Source of the DNA: a bacterium
GTDB taxonomy: Bacteria; Zhuqueibacterota; Zhuqueibacteria; Residuimicrobiales; Krinioviventaceae
DNA: 64,000 nucleotides
Direction: 5' to 3'
Assembly: GCA_963693055.1 (NCBI GenBank)
Contig: OY843751.1
Span: forward strand, 1,376,001-1,440,000
Each line of letters opens with the position of its first letter. The first letter of the stretch is position 1. Under the pieces are notes generated by a model. The model had not been told where the DNA came from and did not search any database. It saw nothing but the letters and a program-made list of their open reading frames with translations. The position numbers were made by a program, and so were the translations under genes. Of the stretch, positions 52,948 through 63,305 are shown one piece after another.

Positions 52948-54324
52948 ATGTTCAAAGTACTGCTGGTTGATGACGAAATAGAAATTCTAAGAGATTACTC
53001 TCGTTTGATCATGGAAATGGGTTATCAATGCATTATTGCCAGAAATGGTGAAGAAGCGATCGAGTTGTTGAAACAAGAACATCCGGATATAATTTTGACG
53101 GATCAGAAAATGCCCAAAAAGGGTGGCATGTCTGTATTGCAGGAAGCATATGCGCTAGACAAGTCCATACCAGTGATTCTGATTACAGGGTATGGCTCTG
53201 TAAAAAATGCCGTGGATGCCATGAAGTTTGGTGCGTTTGATTATCTGCAAAAGCCATTTGATCCTGAAAAAATGCAGGAATTGCTGAAAAAGGCGGAAAA
53301 GTTTCGTAAAGAAAAATTAAATATTCCTATCGTTGAACTGGATGGGGATTACAGCAAGCCGCTTGAAGGGGTAATAGGGAAAAGCAAAGTTATTACCGAT
53401 ATTACAAAACGAGTATACAAAGTAGCGCCATCCATTTCTAATGTGTTAATCTATGGAGAATCTGGTACCGGCAAAGAACTTGTTGCCCGCAACATCCACT
53501 TGAACAGTAAACGTAAAGATCAACCCTTTATACCACTGGATTGCAGTGCGCTCCCGGCAAATCTGTTAGAAAGCGAAATGTTTGGCTATGAAAAAGGCGC
53601 GTTTACAGGGGCTGATAGGGAAAAACCCGGAGTTATTGAGCTTGCGCATAAAGGTACTTTGTTTCTGGATGAAATAACAGAACTGGATGCCAGCTTGCAA
53701 TCAAAGTTGTTACGTTTTATTCAGGAACGGCATTTCCGTAAAGTGGGAGGCCAGAAATTAGTCAAAGTTGATGTTCGTATTATTTCAGCAACCAATCGAA
53801 ATCCTGAAGAGGCAGTTAAAGAGAAATTGTTACGTAGTGATCTGTATTATAGATTAAATGTAGTTCCTTTCTTTATTCCTCCTTTGAGAGATCGAAGTGA
53901 AGATGTTTCCATACTCGTACAGCATTTCATTGAAAAGTTTAATCCTTCATTCGCACGCGAGATCAAGGGAGTGAGTTCAGATGCCATGTTGTGTTTAAAG
54001 CGATTCAACTGGCCGGGTAATGTTAGGGAGCTTCAGAATGTGATTGAACAAGCCATGTCTTTGGCAGATAAAAATATAATCGATTTGTCAGATTTGCCAC
54101 CCCATGTGCGGGAAAACCACAACAACTATGTAGATCAGGTCCATCATGGACAAACATTCAAAGATGCAAAAGAGAAAATATTAAAACAGTTTGGTAAAAG
54201 ATATTTTCAAGACCTGCTTGTTCAGTGTGATGGCAATATCTCAAAAACCGCGAAAATAGCAGGTATCAGTAGAAGTTCATTTTATCGTATACTTGATGAA
54301 TTTGATATAAAACTGCCCGATTAA
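52948..54324 (+). CDS. Sigma54-dependent NtrC-family response regulator
   Basis: REC domain; GESGTGKE, GAFTGA, LFLDEI, WPGNVREL; Fis-type HTH. Confidence 0.95.
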   Translation: MFKVLLVDDEIEILRDYSRLIMEMGYQCIIARNGEEAIELLKQEHPDIILTDQKMPKKGGMSVLQEAYALDKSIPVILITGYGSVKNAVDAMKFGAFDYLQKPFDPEKMQELLKKAEKFRKEKLNIPIVELDGDYSKPLEGVIGKSKVITDITKRVYKVAPSISNVLIYGESGTGKELVARNIHLNSKRKDQPFIPLDCSALPANLLESEMFGYEKGAFTGADREKPGVIELAHKGTLFLDEITELDASLQSKLLRFIQERHFRKVGGQKLVKVDVRIISATNRNPEEAVKEKLLRSDLYYRLNVVPFFIPPLRDRSEDVSILVQHFIEKFNPSFAREIKGVSSDAMLCLKRFNWPGNVRELQNVIEQAMSLADKNIIDLSDLPPHVRENHNNYVDQVHHGQTFKDAKEKILKQFGKRYFQDLLVQCDGNISKTAKIAGISRSSFYRILDEFDIKLPD

Positions 54325-54555
54325 TTGTATTTGTACTATTCTTGACACACCCTTCCTATTACTTGTTTTTATTAGACATCCATTCATTTAGTCCTTTGTA
54401 TGCTCTGTTTTTGAATCAATTTTCGCATTTTTCGTAAATTATATCGAAATAGTGGTTTTTTAACTGTTTAATTATCAAAGTGTTATCTTGATTGCTACAG
54501 GTAATTGTGGCCCTTTTTTTGTTTATTGTGTCATAATTCATCGTGGGAAAATATC

Positions 54556-54957
54556 ATGTGTTCACTTGCGTTAATTTCTTCAACAGATATTCAGTTGATA
54601 AACGAGATCAATTCTCTGTTATTAACCAGGAATTTTTCTGTACTGGTTGAGAAATCCAGAGTGTCTTTACTATACTTGATTCTAAAACATGATATTAATT
54701 TTATCCTCTTGGACATTGGTTATATGGATCCTGAAGCGATCAAAGTGCTTTACATAATTAAGCAGTTGCGTCCCAAATTGCCAGTTATTGTTTTAACCCC
54801 GGACAATTCGGTAGTTCACAATCAGGTATTAAAATCAATGGATGTGTTTTATGTTGGTTTTAAGCCATTGCATTATCAAAATTTTTCAATGATTATAGAT
54901 ACCTTGCTATTACTTCGTGGTAAAAGTACCGAATATTTATTAGACTCGATTGAATGA
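54556..54957 (+). CDS. Single-domain receiver (REC-like) protein
   Basis: ILLDI, PVIVLT and FKP receiver motifs; atypical N-terminal acidic pocket. Confidence 0.65.
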   Translation: MCSLALISSTDIQLINEINSLLLTRNFSVLVEKSRVSLLYLILKHDINFILLDIGYMDPEAIKVLYIIKQLRPKLPVIVLTPDNSVVHNQVLKSMDVFYVGFKPLHYQNFSMIIDTLLLLRGKSTEYLLDSIE

Positions 54958-55163
54958 GCTATATAATTGACTTGTTTTGTACGTTTTGTAGTACACTATC
55001 GTAATTGTAATAAAATTAAATTCTTAGCAGTTGTTTTGCTTTGTAATGTCTTATTTTTAGTACAATTCAGGAAGAGTTCGAGGTTTTTTGCGAATTATTA
55101 GTTTTTTCGCTTCATAATTTACAAGTATTTAGCTCAAGAAATTGAAGCGATTAAAATCAAGTA

Positions 55164-55178
55164 TGGCATAATCATTGG
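55164..55178 (+). promoter_or_regulatory. Sigma54-like -24/-12 element upstream of csgE (non-canonical -12)
   Basis: TGGCATAATCATTGG: GG-N10 spacing is correct but TTGG replaces TTGC. Confidence 0.4.
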
Positions 55179-55235
55179 ATAAGAAGTGTATATAATTTCA
55201 AATAAGATTAAAATGCTTTTTGGGGCAATGCGGGC

Positions 55236-55841
55236 ATGGGACTAGTAGGTTTTGTGATTAACATTTACAATGGCAAGCAAAAGCTTGATAGGGTATTGAT
55301 TTGTATAATCATAATGTTAATGACAAATATTAATTTTGTTTTCTCTCAAGATCAAGATTCTACATCTGTGGATTCTGTAAAGCAAAGCAAGACCCGGGAT
55401 ATTTTGCAGAAATTGTTGAATCAGGCAACTCAGGAATCTATTCAGGATGTAATGGAAAAGCAAAAAGCCATTGCGAAAAAAGATAGTGTCAAAGACAGCT
55501 CAGATGAAGGTCTTGAAATTGATGGATTATTGATCAATGAAACCAAAACTAAAATTGGCCAGGACTTTTACGAATTCTTTTTCAATTTTTGGCAGGCACC
55601 TGAGAATGCTAAAGATTTTACATTGTTTGTGTCTGAAAGACCAACAGGAAACAGCGGAAGCTGGATCTGGGTAAATGTGAATGAAACCACAGTATTTCAA
55701 AACCGATTAACCCCCAAAGCCGACTTGATTGAGGAAACTGCACAAAGCGCTGTATCTATTGTCACAAATTATTTGATAAATCTGGATCAAAACCAAAGAC
55801 AGCTTGCTGGTGATGAAATGGCTGGGACTGGAATTTTTTAA
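55236..55841 (+). CDS. csgE: Curli assembly protein CsgE (N-terminally extended)
   Basis: EIDGLLINETKTKIGQDFYEFF...W...VSERP...GSWIWV signature; adjacent to csgF and csgG. Confidence 0.88.
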   Translation: MGLVGFVINIYNGKQKLDRVLICIIIMLMTNINFVFSQDQDSTSVDSVKQSKTRDILQKLLNQATQESIQDVMEKQKAIAKKDSVKDSSDEGLEIDGLLINETKTKIGQDFYEFFFNFWQAPENAKDFTLFVSERPTGNSGSWIWVNVNETTVFQNRLTPKADLIEETAQSAVSIVTNYLINLDQNQRQLAGDEMAGTGIF

Positions 55842-55853
55842 GGAGATGGATGA

Positions 55854-56279
55854 ATGCCTCGGGTAGTTAAATGTTTTATACTTTTAATTTTATTTGCAAG
55901 CAGTGCATTTGCAACTGAATTGGTTTTTACGTTTGTTAATCCTGCTTTTGGCGGTTACTATTATAATGCTACATGGTTGTTGAATTCTGCACAACTTCAA
56001 GATGATACCGGTGAATCTTCAAGTTCTTATGCCAGCAGTTATTATTCTGGATCATCCCTGGAAGATTTTGAAGAAAGTATAAACCGTCAGATTCTGAGTC
56101 GTTTATCCAGCAAGCTTGTGACGCAAATATTTGGAGAAGAAGATCTGGAACCTGGTCACTATGAGATTGGTGATTTTCAGATTGATGTAACTCCATCAGA
56201 CAATGGGATACGTGTTGAAATAAATGATCCGGTTAATGGCGGCGAAACAGTTATAGAATTACCCTATTATGGTGACTGA
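55854..56279 (+). CDS. csgF: Curli assembly protein CsgF
   Basis: Signal peptide then TELVFTFVNPAFGG...WLLNSAQLQD, the CsgG-binding N-terminus. Confidence 0.92.
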   Translation: MPRVVKCFILLILFASSAFATELVFTFVNPAFGGYYYNATWLLNSAQLQDDTGESSSSYASSYYSGSSLEDFEESINRQILSRLSSKLVTQIFGEEDLEPGHYEIGDFQIDVTPSDNGIRVEINDPVNGGETVIELPYYGD

Positions 56280-56292
56280 GAGTAGTGTAAAT

Positions 56293-57711
56293 ATGAAAAT
56301 GAGACCTGTATTCTATACAATTTTTATAATTATTTTGATTTTTATGGGGTGTGCTCCCTATTTACAGCAAAGTAATCCTGTTCACACCACCCCGGCTACA
56401 TTGGGGTATACCACTGCAATACATAGCGATTTGCTTTCATTGCCTGAACCACGTGAAAAGATTGTTGTTGCGGTATACAAGTTTAGAGACCAGACCGGAC
56501 AGTACAAAGCTTCGTCAAGTGGAATGACATGGTCCACAGCTGTTACCCAGGGTGCTACATCTATGCTGCTAAAAGCTATGGAAGAATCTGGTTGGTTTAT
56601 TGTTGTGGAGCGGGAAGGCATTTCAAACCTGTTGAATGAAAGAAAGATCATTCGTTCTACCCGAGAGAATTATACGGACGACCAGGGACAGCAATTACCC
56701 CCATTACCTCCATTGCTTTATGCCGGAGTTACAATAGAGGGTGGAATAATTTCGTACGAAACCAATACATTAACCGGTGGTTTTGGCGCACGATATTTCG
56801 GCATAGGGGGTAATAACGAGTTTCGCAGTGATCAGGTAAATATTTATTTACGTTCGGTTGCAACAAAATCCGGTCGGATTTTAAATCAGGTAAATACTAC
56901 AAAGACAATATTATCTCAAGCTGTAGATTTTAGTGTATATAAATTTGTAAGAGAAAGCCGTTTGTTAGAGATTGAGAGCGGTTATTCTACCAACGAACCT
57001 CCACAAATGTGTGTGCTGGAAGCCATAGAAAAAGCCGTACTGGCTCTTGTTTGTGAAGGTATTGTATCAAAGAGCTGGGAGCTGAAAAATCCTGCGGATA
57101 TTAAATCCCCGGTAATACAGCGGTATCTTGAGGAAAAGCAAAACACAACAAAATATACGTTGCAGAATAGTATGCTCAACAGCAGATATGCAAAACCTCA
57201 ATATGGTTATGACAAGGGATTAGGGCTCACCTTGAATTTGGGAAGTCATTTATACCAGGGCGATTACGCGAATTCTGAAATTCGTCCAATGGGTGACGCT
57301 TCCATTTTGTGGGGTTTGCATCCCAATGTTTTGTTGGAATTAAATGGCAGTATAGGGCGGATTGCAAATAAAGATAATTTTTATACTGATTTGGGTTATT
57401 TGAATTTACAAAGCCGTTTTACATTTTGGTCTAATTCAAGATTTCGGCCATTCGGAATTTTGGGAGCGGGAGCAATGAATTTTAGAGCACGGGATAAAGC
57501 GGGTGTGTACATTCCACGTAAGAAACGGTTTAAAGGCTGGGAGCCTGTAATGATTTCTGGTTTAGGCGTTGAATATTTTATTAATCCCAGTTTGAGTATG
57601 AATCTAAGCTTTATAAATCAATATACCTTTACAGATTACCTGGATGGGGTTATCCATGGAAGTTATGATGACTATTTCTGGGGATTCAAGCTGGGGTTTA
57701 GTTATTATTAG
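56293..57711 (+). CDS. csgG: Curli secretion channel CsgG with C-terminal outer-membrane beta-barrel extension
   Basis: Lipobox FMGC; VVAVYKFRDQTGQYK, STAVTQGA, WFIVVEREGISNLLNERKIIR, EGGIISYE, TNEP; about 170 extra aa ending GFKLGFSYY. Confidence 0.93.
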   Translation: MKMRPVFYTIFIIILIFMGCAPYLQQSNPVHTTPATLGYTTAIHSDLLSLPEPREKIVVAVYKFRDQTGQYKASSSGMTWSTAVTQGATSMLLKAMEESGWFIVVEREGISNLLNERKIIRSTRENYTDDQGQQLPPLPPLLYAGVTIEGGIISYETNTLTGGFGARYFGIGGNNEFRSDQVNIYLRSVATKSGRILNQVNTTKTILSQAVDFSVYKFVRESRLLEIESGYSTNEPPQMCVLEAIEKAVLALVCEGIVSKSWELKNPADIKSPVIQRYLEEKQNTTKYTLQNSMLNSRYAKPQYGYDKGLGLTLNLGSHLYQGDYANSEIRPMGDASILWGLHPNVLLELNGSIGRIANKDNFYTDLGYLNLQSRFTFWSNSRFRPFGILGAGAMNFRARDKAGVYIPRKKRFKGWEPVMISGLGVEYFINPSLSMNLSFINQYTFTDYLDGVIHGSYDDYFWGFKLGFSYY

Positions 57712-57947
57712 GATCAGTTGAATACTGAAAGCTATCTGATTGGGATCTGGTAAGGGCAGATAGAATAAGTGAACATCACGCAGATGTAAAGAACAAACGT
57801 ATTTTGACAATTTAATTGCATCAACAGGCAATCATTAAATTATTACTCTCAAAGGATTCACTGTTGATACCTGTGGAAATGAACTGTTCATTTCCCAATG
57901 TAAACAATTGCTACATGAAAAAATGCAATGCAAAGCGTAGTTGAGGA

Positions 57948-59267
57948 GTGAGGATGAGAATTTTCATGTCTGTTCTACTGGCACTGTTGTTATTTTCAAG
58001 TGTTGGTATTGGTGCAGAAAACAGTGTGACTGCTAATGTAAACGGTAATTTCAATCAATCAACAGTTACGCAAGAGGGATCAGCAAACACAGCTTCCGTT
58101 GACCAAAACAGTGCTGCAACCAAATCTGCAGAAATGAATACTGTTGCTGTCACTCAAAAAAGTGATGATAATACCGCAACCGTAAATCAAGGATCTGTTT
58201 TAAAAACAAAATATGTAAAGAATACAACTGCAATTGTAACCCAGGCAGGCACAGGAGGGAACAGTGCAATCGTTAATCAGGGAACCCAAATCCATAATGG
58301 TTCAGTTGTATCTAATGCAACGGCAACAATCAATCAAAAAGGTGGCTCTGGAAACAGTGCAGAGATTAATCAAAAATCCTGGAATTCGAATGCATCTCCA
58401 ACCAAATGGAGCAAGCCGGATGATAATACCGCAACCATTATCCAGGATGGTTCAGGCAATATCGCAAGCTCAAAATCGGATGTGACCCGTGGATCAACAT
58501 TTATCCTTCAAGAAGGTAATGAAAATACGGCAACCCAAAAACAGGATGGTGAGCGGGATTTTAAAGCCAGAATTACTCAGGAAGGTAACCATAATACTGC
58601 AACACAATTTCAACATGGCGATGCAAATGCAAATGCGGAAATAATTCAAAAAGGCATGGGCAATACAGCATCGCAATGGCAGAAAAAAAATAATAATAGC
58701 TTGATCTATCAGGATGGTGTAGACAATACAGCAGACGTAGAACAAAAATCCGGCAGTAATATCAAAGCCAACATATATCAATATGGAAGTTATAATGGTT
58801 CTGTTGCTGATCCTGTTTTGATTGAACAAAAAGGTGGATCAGGGAATTCTGCTGTTATATATCAGGGTGATCCTGCTTTGAATGTTTATAACAATAGCGC
58901 AATGATCTATCAGGATGGAACATTGAATCTGGCAGCTATTCAGCAATATAGTAATGAGAATGAAGTCATTTTATTTCAAAATGGGGTAGGGAATGAACTC
59001 CATGCATTACAAAAAGGAGGTGATGGGAACATTATCAATCTGACCCAGGATGGTGGTGCAACAGCATCTATTACTCAGGATGGCAGTGGTAATGTCTTGA
59101 AAGGGGTAGGGGCAGGAAATACTATGGGACAATCATTAAATGGCAGCAGTCTTGATTTAACTCAAACAGGTACGGGAAACGTGTTAGAGTTGTTTCAAAC
59201 AAATGGAGCAGCTGCTCAGGTCCAACAAAATGGTATGACAAATAAAGTAATAATAATACAAAATTAA
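57948..59267 (+). CDS. Curlin (CsgA/CsgB-like) repeat protein 1
   Basis: Signal peptide; many N-x-A-x-(I/V)-x-Q-x-G-x-x-N repeats; downstream of csgEFG. Confidence 0.88.
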   Translation: MRMRIFMSVLLALLLFSSVGIGAENSVTANVNGNFNQSTVTQEGSANTASVDQNSAATKSAEMNTVAVTQKSDDNTATVNQGSVLKTKYVKNTTAIVTQAGTGGNSAIVNQGTQIHNGSVVSNATATINQKGGSGNSAEINQKSWNSNASPTKWSKPDDNTATIIQDGSGNIASSKSDVTRGSTFILQEGNENTATQKQDGERDFKARITQEGNHNTATQFQHGDANANAEIIQKGMGNTASQWQKKNNNSLIYQDGVDNTADVEQKSGSNIKANIYQYGSYNGSVADPVLIEQKGGSGNSAVIYQGDPALNVYNNSAMIYQDGTLNLAAIQQYSNENEVILFQNGVGNELHALQKGGDGNIINLTQDGGATASITQDGSGNVLKGVGAGNTMGQSLNGSSLDLTQTGTGNVLELFQTNGAAAQVQQNGMTNKVIIIQN

Positions 59268-59279
59268 GGGAGTAGGGTA

Positions 59280-60761
59280 ATGAAAAGGTTGTTTGTTTTT
59301 TTGCTGGTATTATGTATGTCATCACTTTTGATGGCTGCAAGTAATACAATATCCACCACAATTAATGGTAATAGTAATGATGCAGATATTGATCAGGTGG
59401 GTGGCGACCAGTCCGCTACATTAACACAAACCGGAAATTCGAATGATGCGATTTTAGACCAGGTTACTGATGATGGTATGGCACAGTCTTTAACAGTTAC
59501 CCAGGAAGGGAATCGTAATCTGGCAAATGTTAACCAAAAAGAAGATGGGGCCGCAACAAATGGAACATCTTTGCCTGTTCAAACAGCCAGTGTATACCAA
59601 AAAGGTGATGGAAATTCAGCAAAAATAGATCAGGATGAGCTCGGTTCTGGTGATAAATATTTGAGCAGTGCTGCAATTCAACAGATTGGCAACAATAACG
59701 CTTCAGATCAAAGAACCTACGCTCCCGGCTCTAACAGTGGTCAACATGTTACGGGTATACAGGCTGGAAACGGTAACAGTTTGACGCAGAAAATTTTGGG
59801 TGGCTATACTAATAATTTTATAGCAACCCAAACAGGTAATGGAAATACAGTTGAGCAAATTATGCCTTCCGGCACACACAGCAAGGGAGTTGTGAATCAG
59901 GATGGTGATAGCAATATTGCTTCTCAACGTTTAACAGGAGCCAATAATGGTTATTCATCTGCTGGTGGTATTACAGTAACTCAAACAGGCAATGGTAACG
60001 AAGCAGATCAGGATGTTATAAGTACGGGAAGCTATACCAATAATAACGATGCTGATGTTGTTCAAAATGGTTCTAGTAATTATTCCAAGCAAGATGTGAA
60101 TGGTTGGCAGACAGATGTTGATGTTACCATTGATGGCAATAGCAACTCTACTAGCCAGTTTGTAGTTGGTACCGGAAACAAGAGTACAGTTAAGGTCATT
60201 GGAAATGGAAACAGTGTAATAACCAACCAGGCAAATGATAATAACACGGCTTCTGTTGAGATTAAAGACGAAGACGCGTATGTTGGTAATTCTAACGATG
60301 TTTTTATCAAACAAAACAATAACGGTAACAAAGCCAATGTAACCCTGCATGGATCTTATAACTCTGTAGATATTACCGAAGTTGATGGCAACGGTGATTG
60401 GCATGTTGTTAAAGTTATGAAAGGTAATAGCAATGATATTGATATATCAGCCAAAACCGGTGGAAATAATCGTGGTGAGTGGATATTGAAAAATGCCAGC
60501 GGTAATACTGTAAAGGAAGTGCAGAATGGAAGTGATAACATTGCCGGTGGTGAGGTTAAAGGTAGTGGTAATGATATCAATATTGTACAAAAAGGTGTTG
60601 ATAACCTGGTTGGTACTGATCCCAATAATTGGAATGTAAATGATGGTGTTGTAATTGACGGTAACAGTAACACAGTTGATATTGATCAATTAACGAATTC
60701 AAACCAGGCTGTAGTTAATATTATTGGTGCAAGTAACCAGTTTAAATCAGTTCAACAATAA
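59280..60761 (+). CDS. Curlin repeat protein 2
   Basis: Signal peptide; QxGxxN repeats, degenerating to (I/V)xGNxN in the C-terminal part. Confidence 0.88.
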   Translation: MKRLFVFLLVLCMSSLLMAASNTISTTINGNSNDADIDQVGGDQSATLTQTGNSNDAILDQVTDDGMAQSLTVTQEGNRNLANVNQKEDGAATNGTSLPVQTASVYQKGDGNSAKIDQDELGSGDKYLSSAAIQQIGNNNASDQRTYAPGSNSGQHVTGIQAGNGNSLTQKILGGYTNNFIATQTGNGNTVEQIMPSGTHSKGVVNQDGDSNIASQRLTGANNGYSSAGGITVTQTGNGNEADQDVISTGSYTNNNDADVVQNGSSNYSKQDVNGWQTDVDVTIDGNSNSTSQFVVGTGNKSTVKVIGNGNSVITNQANDNNTASVEIKDEDAYVGNSNDVFIKQNNNGNKANVTLHGSYNSVDITEVDGNGDWHVVKVMKGNSNDIDISAKTGGNNRGEWILKNASGNTVKEVQNGSDNIAGGEVKGSGNDINIVQKGVDNLVGTDPNNWNVNDGVVIDGNSNTVDIDQLTNSNQAVVNIIGASNQFKSVQQ

Positions 60762-60796
60762 GTTATTGTTGATGCTTTAATTGAAATCGGAATACT

Positions 60797-60821
60797 TTTG
60801 GCAGAAAAATTTTCTGCCAAA
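60797..60821 (+). other. Intergenic stem-loop after curlin 2
   Basis: tttggcagaaaa / ttttctgccaaa inverted repeat. Confidence 0.65.
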
Positions 60822-60906
60822 TTTACATAAAATTTGAAAATCAATAAATAATAATAGGGTATTGATTTCAAACATAAATAACAAAATCTCAAGAAAGGGG
60901 TAACAA

Positions 60907-62010
60907 ATGAAAAAGTTAGTAGTTGTGTTAATGCTGGTTGCAATGGTAGGATTTGCATTTGCGGCAAATGAAGCTACTGTAACAGAAGATGGTGACAATA
61001 ATACCGCGACCGTAACTCAACGCGGTAACTTGAACGATGGTACAGTTGAACAGATAGGTGATCAACATACTGCAACTATCAATCAAGCAACTGCAAGCAA
61101 TGATGCATTTATTGGACAGTTGAATGGTAACAAGAATGAAGGTGCAATAAGGCAGCAGGGTAGTGAAAATGCGGCATATATTACCCAAGGTATGGCCGTA
61201 GGTTATTCAGATTCATATTCTCCGGCTTCTGCAAGTAACAATTTATCAACTGTTGACCAGGTTGGTAATGGTAATACCACTTCTGCAAAACAATTTGGTG
61301 ATAAAAATGTTACAGATGTAAACCAGAACGGTCATCGGAATACAGCCTATGCATATCAGGGTTGGACTTATAATGGTTGGGGCGAAACCTGGACAACTTC
61401 CAGATTGCAGAGTTTCAATAGTGATGTGACAATTTCTCAGGCAACTAATGACAATAATGGAGCAGTATGGCAGTATGGTGGCAACAGGAACAATGTTACT
61501 ATAAATCAACGTGTTGGCAATGCAAATACTGCAAGTGTCTCTCAAGGTTTCATTTATAATGATGGCGCTTATGATTACCCACATCCAGTTTATAACACTA
61601 AAGACAATGATGCAATTGTAACCCAGGCAGGTGCAAGTAATACAGCCAAATTATTTCAATTAGGTGATAATAATACTTTTACATTATCTCAAACAGGTAA
61701 TAGCAACTCTGTAGGTTATGGTGCTGCATTAGCAAGCCTTGTTGAAAAAAGGAATGCTTACTTTGATCAATCTGGTGATAACAATGTGTTTACTGGAACA
61801 CAAACAGGTGGTGCTACAGTTGAATATGAAAGTTATCAGGTTGGTGATAATAACACAATAAGTCTTTATCAGGGAACAAGTGATGTAACTTTGATCCAAC
61901 AAGATGGTAATTGGAATACTGCAACCAATACTCAACTGGGTGGCGGCCAGGTTTCCAGTATTGCACAAACAGGTAATGGAAATAATGCATCTGTAAATCA
62001 AGGAATGTAA
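60907..62010 (+). CDS. Curlin repeat protein 3
   Basis: Signal peptide MKKLVVVLMLVAMVGFAFA; curlin repeats; close paralogue of 62108..63214. Confidence 0.9.
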   Translation: MKKLVVVLMLVAMVGFAFAANEATVTEDGDNNTATVTQRGNLNDGTVEQIGDQHTATINQATASNDAFIGQLNGNKNEGAIRQQGSENAAYITQGMAVGYSDSYSPASASNNLSTVDQVGNGNTTSAKQFGDKNVTDVNQNGHRNTAYAYQGWTYNGWGETWTTSRLQSFNSDVTISQATNDNNGAVWQYGGNRNNVTINQRVGNANTASVSQGFIYNDGAYDYPHPVYNTKDNDAIVTQAGASNTAKLFQLGDNNTFTLSQTGNSNSVGYGAALASLVEKRNAYFDQSGDNNVFTGTQTGGATVEYESYQVGDNNTISLYQGTSDVTLIQQDGNWNTATNTQLGGGQVSSIAQTGNGNNASVNQGM

Positions 62011-62017
62011 GTTATAA

Positions 62018-62047
62018 CTGTACCCAAATATTTCAATTTGGGTGCAG
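62018..62047 (+). other. Intergenic stem-loop after curlin 3
   Basis: ctgtacccaaat / atttgggtgcag. Confidence 0.65.
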
Positions 62048-62107
62048 AATTTTATAATATGTTTCGGTAAACATATAATAAATAATCATCATTGAAAGGG
62101 GCAACAA

Positions 62108-63214
62108 ATGAAAAAGTTAGTCGTTATTTTAATGCTGGTTGCAATGGTAGGATTTGCATTTGCAGCAAATGAAGCAACCGTAACAGAAGATGGAAACAAT
62201 AATTCCGCAACAGTAACCCAACGTGGTAATTTGAATGCCGGTACAGTTGATCAGAATGGTGATCAACATGTTGCTACACTTAGTCAATCCACTGCCAGTA
62301 ATGAAGCATTTATCGGTCAATTGAATGGTAATAAAAATGAAGCACATGTAAACCAACAGGGTAGAGAAAATGCAGCAGATGTAAACCAAGGCATGATCGA
62401 AGGCTTGGATCCTACGTTTGCATCTAAAAATGTTTCTGGTAGCAATAACTTGACAAATTTGACCCAGGTTGGTAATGAAAACTATAATCAAACTGTACAA
62501 ACTGGTGATAAAAATGAAACAAATGTAAGTCAGGCCGGGCATCGTAATATTGCTTATTCATATCAGGGCTGGCCCTATGCACAATGGGGAGAAACATGGA
62601 CAACTTCCAGATTACAGAGCTACAATAGTGATGTAAGAATAAGCCAGGCAACAAATGACAATTATGGAGCAGTATGGCAGTATGGTGGCAACAGAAATAG
62701 TGCCACTGTTACACAACGAGTTGGTAATGCAAACTATGCAAGTATTGCACAAGGCTTTATCTATACTGATGGTGCTTATGATTTTGATCATCCAGTATAT
62801 GATACCAAAGACAATGATGCCGTTGTAACTCAGGCAGGTGCAAGTAACTCTACTCGTTTGTTTCAGTTGGGTGACAATAATAGTTTCACATTGACTCAAA
62901 ATGGTAATTCAAATACTGTTGGTGGGCGTGATCTTTCAGGTCTTGTTAATAAACGTAATGGTTATTTTGATCAATCAGGTGACAATAACTTGTTTTCAGG
63001 TTCTCAAAATGGTGGAGCAACTGTAGAAATTGCTAGTTATCAGAATGGTGATAATAATACAATTACCCTCTATCAAGGTACTAATGATGTAACAACATTA
63101 CAGCAAACAGGAAACTGGAATACTGCAACCAATACTCAATTGGGTGGTGGCCAGGTATCTAGTATTGCACAAACGGGTAATGGAAATACAGCATCTGTAA
63201 ATCAGGGACTGTAA
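62108..63214 (+). CDS. Curlin repeat protein 4
   Basis: Tandem duplicate of curlin 3, collinear over its full length. Confidence 0.9.
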   Translation: MKKLVVILMLVAMVGFAFAANEATVTEDGNNNSATVTQRGNLNAGTVDQNGDQHVATLSQSTASNEAFIGQLNGNKNEAHVNQQGRENAADVNQGMIEGLDPTFASKNVSGSNNLTNLTQVGNENYNQTVQTGDKNETNVSQAGHRNIAYSYQGWPYAQWGETWTTSRLQSYNSDVRISQATNDNYGAVWQYGGNRNSATVTQRVGNANYASIAQGFIYTDGAYDFDHPVYDTKDNDAVVTQAGASNSTRLFQLGDNNSFTLTQNGNSNTVGGRDLSGLVNKRNGYFDQSGDNNLFSGSQNGGATVEIASYQNGDNNTITLYQGTNDVTTLQQTGNWNTATNTQLGGGQVSSIAQTGNGNTASVNQGL

Positions 63215-63222
63215 TCTTATAT

Positions 63223-63305
63223 TTTGCCTGGAGTATGATGCTACTCCAGGCAAATAAATTTGTTTGAATTCCAAAACTCATAGACACAGGGCTTTGGAAT
63301 TCAAA
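63223..63305 (+). other. Two tandem stem-loops after curlin 4
   Basis: tttgcctggagta / tactccaggcaaa and tttgaattccaaa / tttggaattcaaa. Confidence 0.7.
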
